Assembly: GCA_021399345.1 (NCBI GenBank)
Contig: JAAFKI010000112.1
Span: 155,557-219,556, forward strand
DNA: 64,000 nt
Source: Candidatus Heimdallarchaeota archaeon
GTDB lineage: Archaea; Asgardarchaeota; Heimdallarchaeia; Heimdallarchaeales; Heimdallarchaeaceae
Reading direction: 5' to 3'
Below, piece after piece: positions 50,997-59,116 of the stretch (positions are counted from its first letter, which is position 1; each line of letters starts with the position of its first letter). The translations under genes and the position numbers were made by a program. Under the pieces are notes generated by a model. That model had not been told where the DNA came from and did not search any database. It saw nothing but the letters and a program-made list of their open reading frames with translations.

Positions 50997-51632
50997 TCAT
51001 TCTCGATAATTGTGTTTTATTATTTCTTGAACAATTCTAGATGTTGATTTTCCCGAAACATGTTTTTGAAGTCTGATAATTTTTACATGGGGATATCCCC
51101 TCTCGGCTATTGCTTTGTAAAGCTCTTTTTCATCATGTTTCTGATCATATCCCAACGCGATTATATCTGGATTTACAATATCAATCATCGTCATATAGTC
51201 AGTTTCATCTCCCACTAATGCAGCATCAACGCCTTTAACATACTCAACTATTTCAGCTCTATCTTTCTGAGAGTTTGTTGGAGGGTGATTCTTTAATTTC
51301 TCAACGTTTTTGTCAGTTGCTATAATCACTACAAGAACATCTCCTAAAAGCTTAGATTGGTTAAATGTAAAGAGATGCCCAACATGAAGTATGTCAAAGG
51401 TCCCCCCTGTTAAAATTACAGAAATTTGCTTACGTCCTAGTTCTGTTAAATGATAATTTTTTTGATAATCAACTTCTATTGAACCCTTATCGATTAAAGA
51501 TTCAAAAGAAGTGTTGACATATTCTAAAGAGAACCCTAATTGTCGGGAGACACTAGTGAGAGAGCTTTTGATATCTTTTAGGGAATTTATATAGATTTGT
51601 TTAATTACAAGTTTATCTTCTATGCTTGACAT
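50997..51632 (-). CDS. ribL: Archaeal FAD synthase with N-terminal wHTH-like extension
   Basis: GGTFDILHVGH, PDIIALGYDQ, STSRI; 2 nt downstream of ribK. Confidence 0.85.
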   Translation of the reverse strand: MSSIEDKLVIKQIYINSLKDIKSSLTSVSRQLGFSLEYVNTSFESLIDKGSIEVDYQKNYHLTELGRKQISVILTGGTFDILHVGHLFTFNQSKLLGDVLVVIIATDKNVEKLKNHPPTNSQKDRAEIVEYVKGVDAALVGDETDYMTMIDIVNPDIIALGYDQKHDEKELYKAIAERGYPHVKIIRLQKHVSGKSTSRIVQEIIKHNYRE

Positions 51633-51634
51633 AC

Positions 51635-52381
51635 TTAACCATGCTCGTTTTGTTCTAGTGAAAACTTAATAATTATTTCATCACCATCTTCGAGATTCAT
51701 TGTATCTCTAATGCATACATCACTTATGATTTCAAGAATGTTCTCCCCATGGTGAGTTCTCCTAGGTTTAATTCCTGCAGCTTTAGCATCAAGCTTGATG
51801 ACTTCAAGTGGATAGCATAAAACATCCCCAAATTCTCGTTCTTCACCTTCAAACCCAGTAATAATAGTTGGCCAAGAACCTCTAATCAAATCCAGTCTAT
51901 CCTTATCAGCAGCATCTATTCTAACGTTTAATGTTCCATGATAAGGTGTGAAACCCAATTTAGTTTTGAATGATTTAAGATACGATGGTCGAGAGATGTA
52001 GTATTTTCCTTGCCCAGTACCTGTTACAATTTTCCCTTTTAGTGTAACAGAAGATAAATCTGGATGAAGTGCTTTTTCAAGTTCAAAACGAAGTTGTTCA
52101 AGAATCGAAATGCCAATAGGGGTTAGTTTAACCAAAGAGCCTTTAGGAGTAGATTTCCAAGTCACAATCTTCTTCTTATCAAGCTCTTGCAAACATCTTG
52201 ATGCAGTTTGTTGAGAGATGGAAAAGTAGCTAGCTAATTGAGTAGTAGTTACTTCTATTACTTTCTCTGCTGCTCTTCTCTGAGCTAAATAAATTAAAAT
52301 GGCTATTTCTCTAAAGATAGAGTTCTTAGTTGAAAGATCAAGTATATTCACACTCTTTTCGCTTTCTCCACGGCTGTTCAC
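51635..52381 (-). CDS. ribK: wHTH-CTP-dependent riboflavin kinase (RbkR-type)
   Basis: HTH SQQTASR; GKIVTGTGQG.YY, LGFTPYHGTLN, P.RTHH, LEIIS. Confidence 0.93.
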   Translation of the reverse strand: MNSRGESEKSVNILDLSTKNSIFREIAILIYLAQRRAAEKVIEVTTTQLASYFSISQQTASRCLQELDKKKIVTWKSTPKGSLVKLTPIGISILEQLRFELEKALHPDLSSVTLKGKIVTGTGQGKYYISRPSYLKSFKTKLGFTPYHGTLNVRIDAADKDRLDLIRGSWPTIITGFEGEEREFGDVLCYPLEVIKLDAKAAGIKPRRTHHGENILEIISDVCIRDTMNLEDGDEIIIKFSLEQNEHG

Positions 52382-52511
52382 ATTAACACCTCTTTTGAGC
52401 TGTTATACGTAAAAAGGGTGGGATACTTAAATTTTTCAATACGTCCTTCAAAAATGAGTAACAAAAATCTGATTCAGTTAATATTTTATATTGTTGCTCT
52501 TAACCAAAGTT

Positions 52512-53087
52512 ATGGCTCTTGAACAAACAATAATTGAAGAATGGGAACGAGTAAGAGCTCCAAGTGCACCAGAACTAACAGAAGTTAAGCTAAAACTCAA
52601 AGAAACTGCTCTTCTAGTTTTGGATATCCAAAATAATAACTGTAATGAAGACAGAAGATTAAGGTGTTTGAAGAGATTACATCACGTTCAGCTAATTCTA
52701 GAGAAGGCTAGAAATAGTGAAATGGTAATCATTTATAGTTTAACAAGCGCAGCATCAAGAAATGATATCAGAAGAGAAGTCTTTCCAAAAAAAGATGAAG
52801 TTATTATAAAATCAGGTGTTGATAAATTCTATAATACAGAATTAGAAAATATTCTCAAAAATAATAAAATTAAAACGGTCATTATCGTTGGAACCTCAGC
52901 AAACGGAGCTGTTCTACATACTACTACAGGAGCAGCTGCAAGAGGGTTAGAAACTATTGTTCCTGTAGATGCAATATCATCAACTTATCCTTATGAAGAA
53001 CAATATGCTGTCTGGCATTTAATGAATGCGCCAGGAACAAAAAGAAGGGTTATATTAACTAAGGCAAACATGATTAAATTTGTCTAA
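52512..53087 (+). CDS. Isochorismatase/cysteine hydrolase family protein (catalytic Cys absent)
   Basis: TALLVLDIQN, K..VDKFYNTEL, VGTSANGAVLHT, VPVDA; likely start ATG 52512. Confidence 0.85.
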   Translation: MALEQTIIEEWERVRAPSAPELTEVKLKLKETALLVLDIQNNNCNEDRRLRCLKRLHHVQLILEKARNSEMVIIYSLTSAASRNDIRREVFPKKDEVIIKSGVDKFYNTELENILKNNKIKTVIIVGTSANGAVLHTTTGAAARGLETIVPVDAISSTYPYEEQYAVWHLMNAPGTKRRVILTKANMIKFV

Positions 53088-53106
53088 AATTAATTAGTGC
53101 AAAACA

Positions 53107-53775
53107 ATGAAAACTATTATCACATTATCTAAAGTCCAAAGAAGAGAAATACCAGAGAGATTCAGAAAAAACGATAATAGGTTCTCTGAGACACTCGTAG
53201 AGTATTTCCTTGAAGAACATACAACAAGGGGAGATATTGTACTAGATATATTTGCGGGGTTAGGAACAACTCTTTTTGTAGCAGAAGATATGGAAAGAAT
53301 TCCGTATGGAATAGAGTATGATGAACGAAGATGTAATTACATTAGAGAGAATCTGGAACATAAAGAGAATATAATTCATGGAGATGCGTTGAAATTATTT
53401 GAATATAACATTCCAAAATGTGATTTCTGTTTAACATCCCCACCGTATATGCCTAAAGATGATATTGAAAATCCTTTCACTGCTTATTCAACAAAAGGAA
53501 GCTACGAGCAGTATTTACTGGATTATGGGATAATCTATAAACAGATAAAACAAGTAATGAAACCTGACTCAATCATTGTTGTAGAAGTGTCGAATTTAAA
53601 AAACCGTGGTGAGGTTACAACTTTAGCTTGGGATGTTGCAAAAGAAATCTCCAAAGTTTTGCATTTTGAAGGAGAAATAGTAATAAAATGGGAAAATGCA
53701 GATACAGAAACAAATGATGGGACATATGGATACGGTTACGATCATAGTTATTGTTTGATTTTCCGAAATATTTAG
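53107..53775 (+). CDS. Orphan amino (N4/N6) nucleic-acid methyltransferase
   Basis: Motif I VLDIFAGLGTT followed by motif IV TSPPY. Confidence 0.8.
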   Translation: MKTIITLSKVQRREIPERFRKNDNRFSETLVEYFLEEHTTRGDIVLDIFAGLGTTLFVAEDMERIPYGIEYDERRCNYIRENLEHKENIIHGDALKLFEYNIPKCDFCLTSPPYMPKDDIENPFTAYSTKGSYEQYLLDYGIIYKQIKQVMKPDSIIVVEVSNLKNRGEVTTLAWDVAKEISKVLHFEGEIVIKWENADTETNDGTYGYGYDHSYCLIFRNI

Positions 53776-53781
53776 ATGTTG

Positions 53782-53800
53782 AACGAAAGTTTTATTAAAA
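53782..53800 (+). promoter_or_regulatory. BRE/TATA promoter of tRNA-Lys(TTT)
   Basis: AACGAAAGTTTTATTAAAA, identical to 38175-38193, about 25 nt before the tRNA. Confidence 0.8.
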
Positions 53801-53825
53801 GAATATCATCAAAAGAAAACGTAAT

Positions 53826-53902
53826 GGGCTAGTAGCTCAGCTAGGTAGAGCAGCAGGCTTTTAACCTGACGGCCAGGAGTTCAAATCTCCTCTAGCTCAC
53901 CA
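53826..53902 (+). tRNA. tRNA-Lys(TTT), intronless, CCA encoded
   Basis: GGGCTAG/CTAGCTC acceptor stem, GCTC/GAGC D-stem, CAGG-CTTTTAA-CCTG anticodon arm, AGGAG-TTCAAAT-CTCCT T-arm. Confidence 0.95.
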
Positions 53903-53954
53903 TTTTGTATCCTTTTACGAATCTTTTTAACAAAATCTTTGTTCTTTCTATTTA

Positions 53955-54707
53955 ATGAAAAAGGCAATCTTAAAACATGCTTTAAGTCAATTAAACAAGA
54001 AAACAAGCACTATTTCATTTCGTGGAATAAATAAATTCCCTGAACCTGTTCAACGATATCTTCGACTTGTTTTGACTGAGGGGATTGTACCTACTTTCTA
54101 TGCAGAAATGCATCATGGAGGAGAGTTTAAAACTGATCAAAATAAGCCTTGGTTTGAAATTAAAGGTCATTGTCACTATTTGGTAGACAAACCTGCTTTT
54201 TATTGGAAAGGAAAAATTAAACCCTTACCAATTCTTTCTATTTCAGCTAAAGATTATTATTATGAGGGAAAAGGACAAGTTAAGATTAAGCTTAACTCTT
54301 TCATTCCAATTGCTAAAAGTTCAGGAAACGAGGTAGACCAAGCTTCACTTCTGAGATTTCTTTCTGAATTACCAATGTTTCCTTCTGTCTTTTTAACTGC
54401 TAACTATTTGAAATGGGAGGAAATTGATTCCACTTCTGCTCGAATTTTCATTGAAGATAAAGGAATCAAAGTAGATGGTGTTTTTACTTTTAACGAGAAG
54501 GGTGAGATCACCAGATTTGAAAGTGTGAGAGCTAGAATAACCAAATCAGGGATTTCTTTTGATAAATGGGGTGGGTGTTATGAGGAATACAAGAAATTTG
54601 GAAACTTTTTAATTCCTACATATTTCTTAGGTGTTTGGTATCTTCCAGAAGGAGATTTTGAGTATGTAAAATTCAAAGTTAATTCAATTGAGTTCAATAA
54701 TCCTTAA
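53955..54707 (+). CDS. DUF6544-like protein
   Basis: PEPVQRYLR, AFYWKG, DYY..GKG, RFLSELP.FP, WEEID, GDFEY pattern recalled for this family. Confidence 0.65.
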   Translation: MKKAILKHALSQLNKKTSTISFRGINKFPEPVQRYLRLVLTEGIVPTFYAEMHHGGEFKTDQNKPWFEIKGHCHYLVDKPAFYWKGKIKPLPILSISAKDYYYEGKGQVKIKLNSFIPIAKSSGNEVDQASLLRFLSELPMFPSVFLTANYLKWEEIDSTSARIFIEDKGIKVDGVFTFNEKGEITRFESVRARITKSGISFDKWGGCYEEYKKFGNFLIPTYFLGVWYLPEGDFEYVKFKVNSIEFNNP

Positions 54708-54875
54708 ACTCTTTTTTTGAATTTCTTTAAGCATATGGTCAATCATTGGATTCAGAATACAGCTGTTTTATCTCTTTTTTAGTTTATCTCGGTACTCTAA
54801 TGAATTTTCTGATTTACCAGATTCTTTTTAATCTGTTTGTCTTTCCTTTGTGCATAGATTACATCAGGGATAGAA

Positions 54876-56771
54876 ATGAGATTTTTCCAACCCTTAACGC
54901 AATTTGGATTCGGACGCATCTTAGCTGAAACTCGGACTCATTATCCTTTATCACCAGGCCTCATATCAATTGAAAAACCTGAATCTCTAGAAGGATACTC
55001 AGCTCATTTTGATTCCACACTTGTACCTAACTATTCATCTTATGACTCATCAGAGATCAAACTTCTTTGGAATCTCCCAGATGCAAAAAAAGAGAAAATT
55101 CTACATGAAGCTAATCAGCTTTCTTTACAACCGTTTTATCCTTCATATGCTTCTGAGAAGTTAACAAATGAAGATTATGACACATATCTAAAGGAGTTTT
55201 TGTCTCTTCCTAGAATAGGAGAACAGAGTTTTTATCTACCAATAGATCAATTTGAATCTGAAAAAATAGATGAAATTCTTGAAACAGATTGTTCTTTGAT
55301 AATACTTAACGACTTAGGTAAACTATTCAACAATCAACGAAAACTGGCCGAAAAAATGTCTAATCTAAGAACTAGATTATCACCAGATATAGGTCTCTAT
55401 CTGCCTGGTTCTGTTTCACCAGCTTTTTACTCTTTTCTAACTTATATTGGAATAGACTTCTTTGATAACTCAATAGCCTATCAAGTATCAAAAAATGGTT
55501 ACTTTCTTACTGAAGACGGTGTCTTCCCTATAGATAGTCATCCCCCCTGTTATTGCTCACAATGCAGTTCAACACCCAAAAACATCTTCAAACATAATGA
55601 AATGGTTTTGAAGAATGCTCTTGCCAGAGTGAATTTCGCTCTGAGAAATGGAACTTTAAGAAGTATAGTTGAACAGGACATTCACAGAAATATCACTTTC
55701 GCAGCAACTCTAAGACATTTAGATACTAAATTTGGAGAATTATTAAGGAGACGAACTCCAATCATCTCATCAGCTAAAGTCAAATGCTTAGGGGAAGAAT
55801 CCTTAAATCGACCAGTTGTTTCTGAGTTTAGAGAAAGAGTCAAGGAAAGATTTAGACCGCATCCTTCATCGAGAATCATAATACTGTTGCCATGCTCAGC
55901 TAGAAAACCATATGCAATGTCTCGATCACATATCATGTTTAGAAATGCAATAAAGAAAGCTGGTTCTAGCATTTTTTCAATGTTATCAGAATTAATTGTC
56001 ACGTCTCCATTATCCGTAGTTCCTCGAGAACTTGAAAATATTTACCCCGCAAGATTCTACGATATTCCTGTAGCAGGAAGTTGGTCTGAAAAAGAAATAG
56101 AGATTACTTCAAATCTTCTCTCAAATGTACTATCCCGTTATCAAGAAGACAGCATTATCATTAATCACCTTCATGGTTCAGGATATGAAGATATCATTGA
56201 GAGAGTTAGAGAAAAGAGTTCCGTTGAAGTAATAGATACATCTTACAAAGCACCACCAACTAGTCATCAATCATTACAAGAACTATCAGAAGCTTTGGTG
56301 AACGCCAAAGAAAGATTCTCCTTAAATCAAACTGAGAAAGTTATTTCAAATACAAAGAAAATTCAAGCAATTGCTGATTTTCAATATGGACCAGGAACTG
56401 GAAAAAGGATTTTTCACGGCAAAATAAAGCTAAAAGGTAGATATCCAAGAAGCCCTCAAATTTTCCGAGATGATAAGCATATTGCTACTATACATGCATC
56501 AACAGGTTATCTTTCACTTTTCCCTGCGTATGCAAAAGAAATTTCAAAAATCAGCTTAAACAAACTTGATTTTGGAGCGGATTATGTATCAGGTAGCAAT
56601 ATTTATGCCCCAGGTTGTCTAAAGGCAGATACACACATACTTCCTGAGGATGAAATTTTTGTTTTGTATGAGAATGATGTTATTGCAACAGCACGTGCAT
56701 TGATATCCGGAGAGGATATGAACAAGATGACATCTGGTAAAGTTGCAGAAATAAAAAAGAAAAAAAGGTGA
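54876..56771 (+). CDS. arcS: Archaeosine synthase subunit alpha (lysine transferase ArcS)
   Basis: Degenerate TGT-like N-domain (YIGIDFFD, CYCSQC..H); LLPCSARKPY..S.SH; TSPLSVVPRELE..YPA..YDIPV.G.W; C-terminal PUA domain. Confidence 0.93.
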   Translation: MRFFQPLTQFGFGRILAETRTHYPLSPGLISIEKPESLEGYSAHFDSTLVPNYSSYDSSEIKLLWNLPDAKKEKILHEANQLSLQPFYPSYASEKLTNEDYDTYLKEFLSLPRIGEQSFYLPIDQFESEKIDEILETDCSLIILNDLGKLFNNQRKLAEKMSNLRTRLSPDIGLYLPGSVSPAFYSFLTYIGIDFFDNSIAYQVSKNGYFLTEDGVFPIDSHPPCYCSQCSSTPKNIFKHNEMVLKNALARVNFALRNGTLRSIVEQDIHRNITFAATLRHLDTKFGELLRRRTPIISSAKVKCLGEESLNRPVVSEFRERVKERFRPHPSSRIIILLPCSARKPYAMSRSHIMFRNAIKKAGSSIFSMLSELIVTSPLSVVPRELENIYPARFYDIPVAGSWSEKEIEITSNLLSNVLSRYQEDSIIINHLHGSGYEDIIERVREKSSVEVIDTSYKAPPTSHQSLQELSEALVNAKERFSLNQTEKVISNTKKIQAIADFQYGPGTGKRIFHGKIKLKGRYPRSPQIFRDDKHIATIHASTGYLSLFPAYAKEISKISLNKLDFGADYVSGSNIYAPGCLKADTHILPEDEIFVLYENDVIATARALISGEDMNKMTSGKVAEIKKKKR

Positions 56772-56775
56772 AAAA

Positions 56776-57822
56776 ATGAAAATCAATCCAGATTTCGCCA
56801 ACACTATTAGAGAAATAAGAGATAAAGCATTAGGAGAAAGATCCCATTCAAGAAAAGTAGTTCACTGGGTTGAGGATCACCGTCTTCGTTCTGGACCAGG
56901 TAAAGCGATTGTTTTCATTCTCCCAACCAAAGGTTGTTCTTGGGCTTTATCGAAAAGTGGTGGTTGTTCTATTTGTGGCTATATCTACGATAATCCTCAA
57001 GAACCTAATTTTGAGAATATGATGAAAAATTTCAAGGAAAAACTTCATGATTCCATAAAAGATGGAGAGAACTATTCGTTAAAGTTATTCACTAGTGGAA
57101 GTTTTCTAGATATTTCTGAAATTCCTGAGGAGATACAGAAAGAAATATTGGAAGAAGCTTCCCAATATAGAGAAATAACCGAAATTGTACTTGAATCTAG
57201 ACCAGAGTATGTTACAGAAAAGATAATGCAAATGATAAAAGAATCAATTGATATTGAAAAAATTGAGATAGCAATCGGATTAGAAAGTGCAAACGATAAT
57301 ATCTTAAAAAAATCTATCAACAAGGGATTTTTCTGGACAGACTTTGAAAAAGCTGCAGCTAGAATTTTCGATGTAGGAGCAAAAGTAAAGGCATATCTGT
57401 TATTTAAACCACCTTTTGTCTCTGAATATGATTCTATAAAGGATATTTTGCAAAGCGTGTCCAAGTTGAATAAACTTGGAGTTGATACTATTTCTATAAA
57501 TGCAATCAGTATACATAGAGGAACTTATCTTTCGATAATGTTTGAGAAAAACCAATACAGAACTCCTTGGTTATGGTCTCTACTGCACCTATGTAAAGAA
57601 ATAAAATCAAAATACCCCGATTTAAGATTAATTTGTGATGTTGTTGCAGGAGGAACTCAAAGAGGAGCACATAACTGTGGTGACTGCGACAAACAAATGA
57701 TAGAGACTTTGAAACAATTTGTTTTATCACAAAATTTAGAAGACTTAAACAATGAATTCAAATGTTCATGTCAAACAGAATGGAAAAGTTTTCTACTTCA
57801 AGAAAAAATTACTATTAGTTAG
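56776..57822 (+). CDS. Radical SAM enzyme for archaeosine formation (RaSEA)
   Basis: GCSW.....GGCSICGY, KLFTSGSFLD, ESRPEY, AIGLES, KAYLLFKPPF, PWLWS, RGAHNCG.CD; adjacent to arcS. Confidence 0.93.
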   Translation: MKINPDFANTIREIRDKALGERSHSRKVVHWVEDHRLRSGPGKAIVFILPTKGCSWALSKSGGCSICGYIYDNPQEPNFENMMKNFKEKLHDSIKDGENYSLKLFTSGSFLDISEIPEEIQKEILEEASQYREITEIVLESRPEYVTEKIMQMIKESIDIEKIEIAIGLESANDNILKKSINKGFFWTDFEKAAARIFDVGAKVKAYLLFKPPFVSEYDSIKDILQSVSKLNKLGVDTISINAISIHRGTYLSIMFEKNQYRTPWLWSLLHLCKEIKSKYPDLRLICDVVAGGTQRGAHNCGDCDKQMIETLKQFVLSQNLEDLNNEFKCSCQTEWKSFLLQEKITIS

Positions 57823-57851
57823 ATGGAAACAATATTTGTTATTAGATATTT

Positions 57852-58835
57852 TTATTCAGTCACTTGTTTATAGCCAAGTACCATATCTTTTATTCTACGT
57901 GCAATTCTCTCAAATACAGGATCCATCATAACAGCATCAACTTCTTTTGATGCAATTGCGTACATGAAATTTTTCTCATCTAAATTAACAAAGATTATTT
58001 GGTGTTTATTAGTAATATCGATTGCATTTTGTGTTTGTTCATCTTTCATAATTTCAAGGATATTAGAAAGGTATTTCTCACAAATTTTCTGAGTCTTGGC
58101 TACAAAATCCTCATCTAAACTACCATTCTGGAAAAACAATTCTGTATGCTCTTCGTCATGTTCAACAAACACAAGATGGTCTATACCTTGTATTGAGTTC
58201 AGTATATTAAACGTCACTGCACTAAGCATTTGTTCTGGGGATTGTTCTTCTTCAGGAGTTAATTGTTTCACCTTTGCAGACTGTTCTGCAGGTTTTGCTT
58301 GAGATTTTGAAACTAGCATCAAATCATCAAAACTAATAGGTACATCTACTAATTCTAAATCAAATTGTGTATCTAGAGCATATTGATGGGTTGTTGGACT
58401 TTCTTTGTTAATTACTGCCCTAAAAAGTTCTTCCACCGTCTGATTATAAACAGCTGATGCGCCTGAAAATACTTGCCCAGGATCAGCACTATGAAATTTA
58501 GACTTAGATTTACTTTCAAATTCATTAGAAATGTAATCTATAGCATCGTCAGCTTTAGATCTTTCACGTATTCCATGATTAAGAACATAGGTTATATCTT
58601 GTATCTTTCTAAAGGATATTTTTGATTTTGTTAGTTCTATCGTTCCACGATCAGATATTTTGGTTTCTTCAGTGAAAGAGCAAAAAGCTTTAACTAGATT
58701 TGTTAAGATATCAATCGGGCATTTCTCTTCATTGAAAATACTTTCCTTATAGATTACACCATCTTTATCCCCCAAAAAGAATGCATAAATTGTATCAGCA
58801 TGTTCAGCAATAATTTCCGAAGTTTGCCCTGTCGT
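57852..58835 (-). CDS. Longin-like + roadblock/longin-like two-domain protein; probable ACG start at 58835
   Basis: The frame is open for 20 codons upstream of the TTG at 58775, supplying strand TIYAFFLGDKDG; GAGGAG lies 6 nt before the ACG. C-domain LNSIQGIDHLVFV...IIFVNL...FMYAIA. Confidence 0.6.
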   Translation of the reverse strand, partial: TTGQTSEIIAEHADTIYAFFLGDKDGVIYKESIFNEEKCPIDILTNLVKAFCSFTEETKISDRGTIELTKSKISFRKIQDITYVLNHGIRERSKADDAIDYISNEFESKSKSKFHSADPGQVFSGASAVYNQTVEELFRAVINKESPTTHQYALDTQFDLELVDVPISFDDLMLVSKSQAKPAEQSAKVKQLTPEEEQSPEQMLSAVTFNILNSIQGIDHLVFVEHDEEHTELFFQNGSLDEDFVAKTQKICEKYLSNILEIMKDEQTQNAIDITNKHQIIFVNLDEKNFMYAIASKEVDAVMMDPVFERIARRIKDMVLGYKQVTE

Positions 58836-58962
58836 TTGAATCTCCTCGTGTAATTATTATACTGTACTCATTATTGATTAATATTACTTTATCTGAAATA
58901 GCTGTCAAAATAACCTGCAGGATACCATTTTTCTCACTCATAGATAAGACAATAGAAACGTA

Positions 58963-59037
58963 TAAATTCGTTTTAAATTCTACGTACAATCAATTATCAA
59001 ATAGATGAATGACTCAAGATAATACAAAACGAATTTA
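58963..59037. promoter_or_regulatory. 12-bp perfect inverted repeat forming back-to-back BRE/TATA-like elements
   Basis: TAAATTCGTTTT (58963-58974) and AAAACGAATTTA (59026-59037) between divergent genes. Confidence 0.55.
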
Positions 59038-59116
59038 AATGAAACGCTTTATCATTAGAGTAGAAGAAACATAACAAGGGTAAAAATAGCATTTAATACA
59101 GAAAATCGGGATTAAT

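Noticed and set aside
52440-52465. Possible RbkR operator (CCTTCA-AAAA-TGAGTA)
   Set aside because: Only a partial palindrome in a single copy; cannot be supported without comparative data.
53107-53775. Restriction-modification system
   Set aside because: No adjacent endonuclease or specificity subunit.
54746-54928. 60-aa hydrophobic ORF overlapping the arcS start
   Set aside because: Arises from T-rich terminator/promoter DNA; TTG start without an SD.
58804-58989. 61-aa ORF as the frameshifted N-terminus of the 57852 gene
   Set aside because: It spans the promoter-like inverted repeat and has no domain features; SD + ACG is the simpler explanation.
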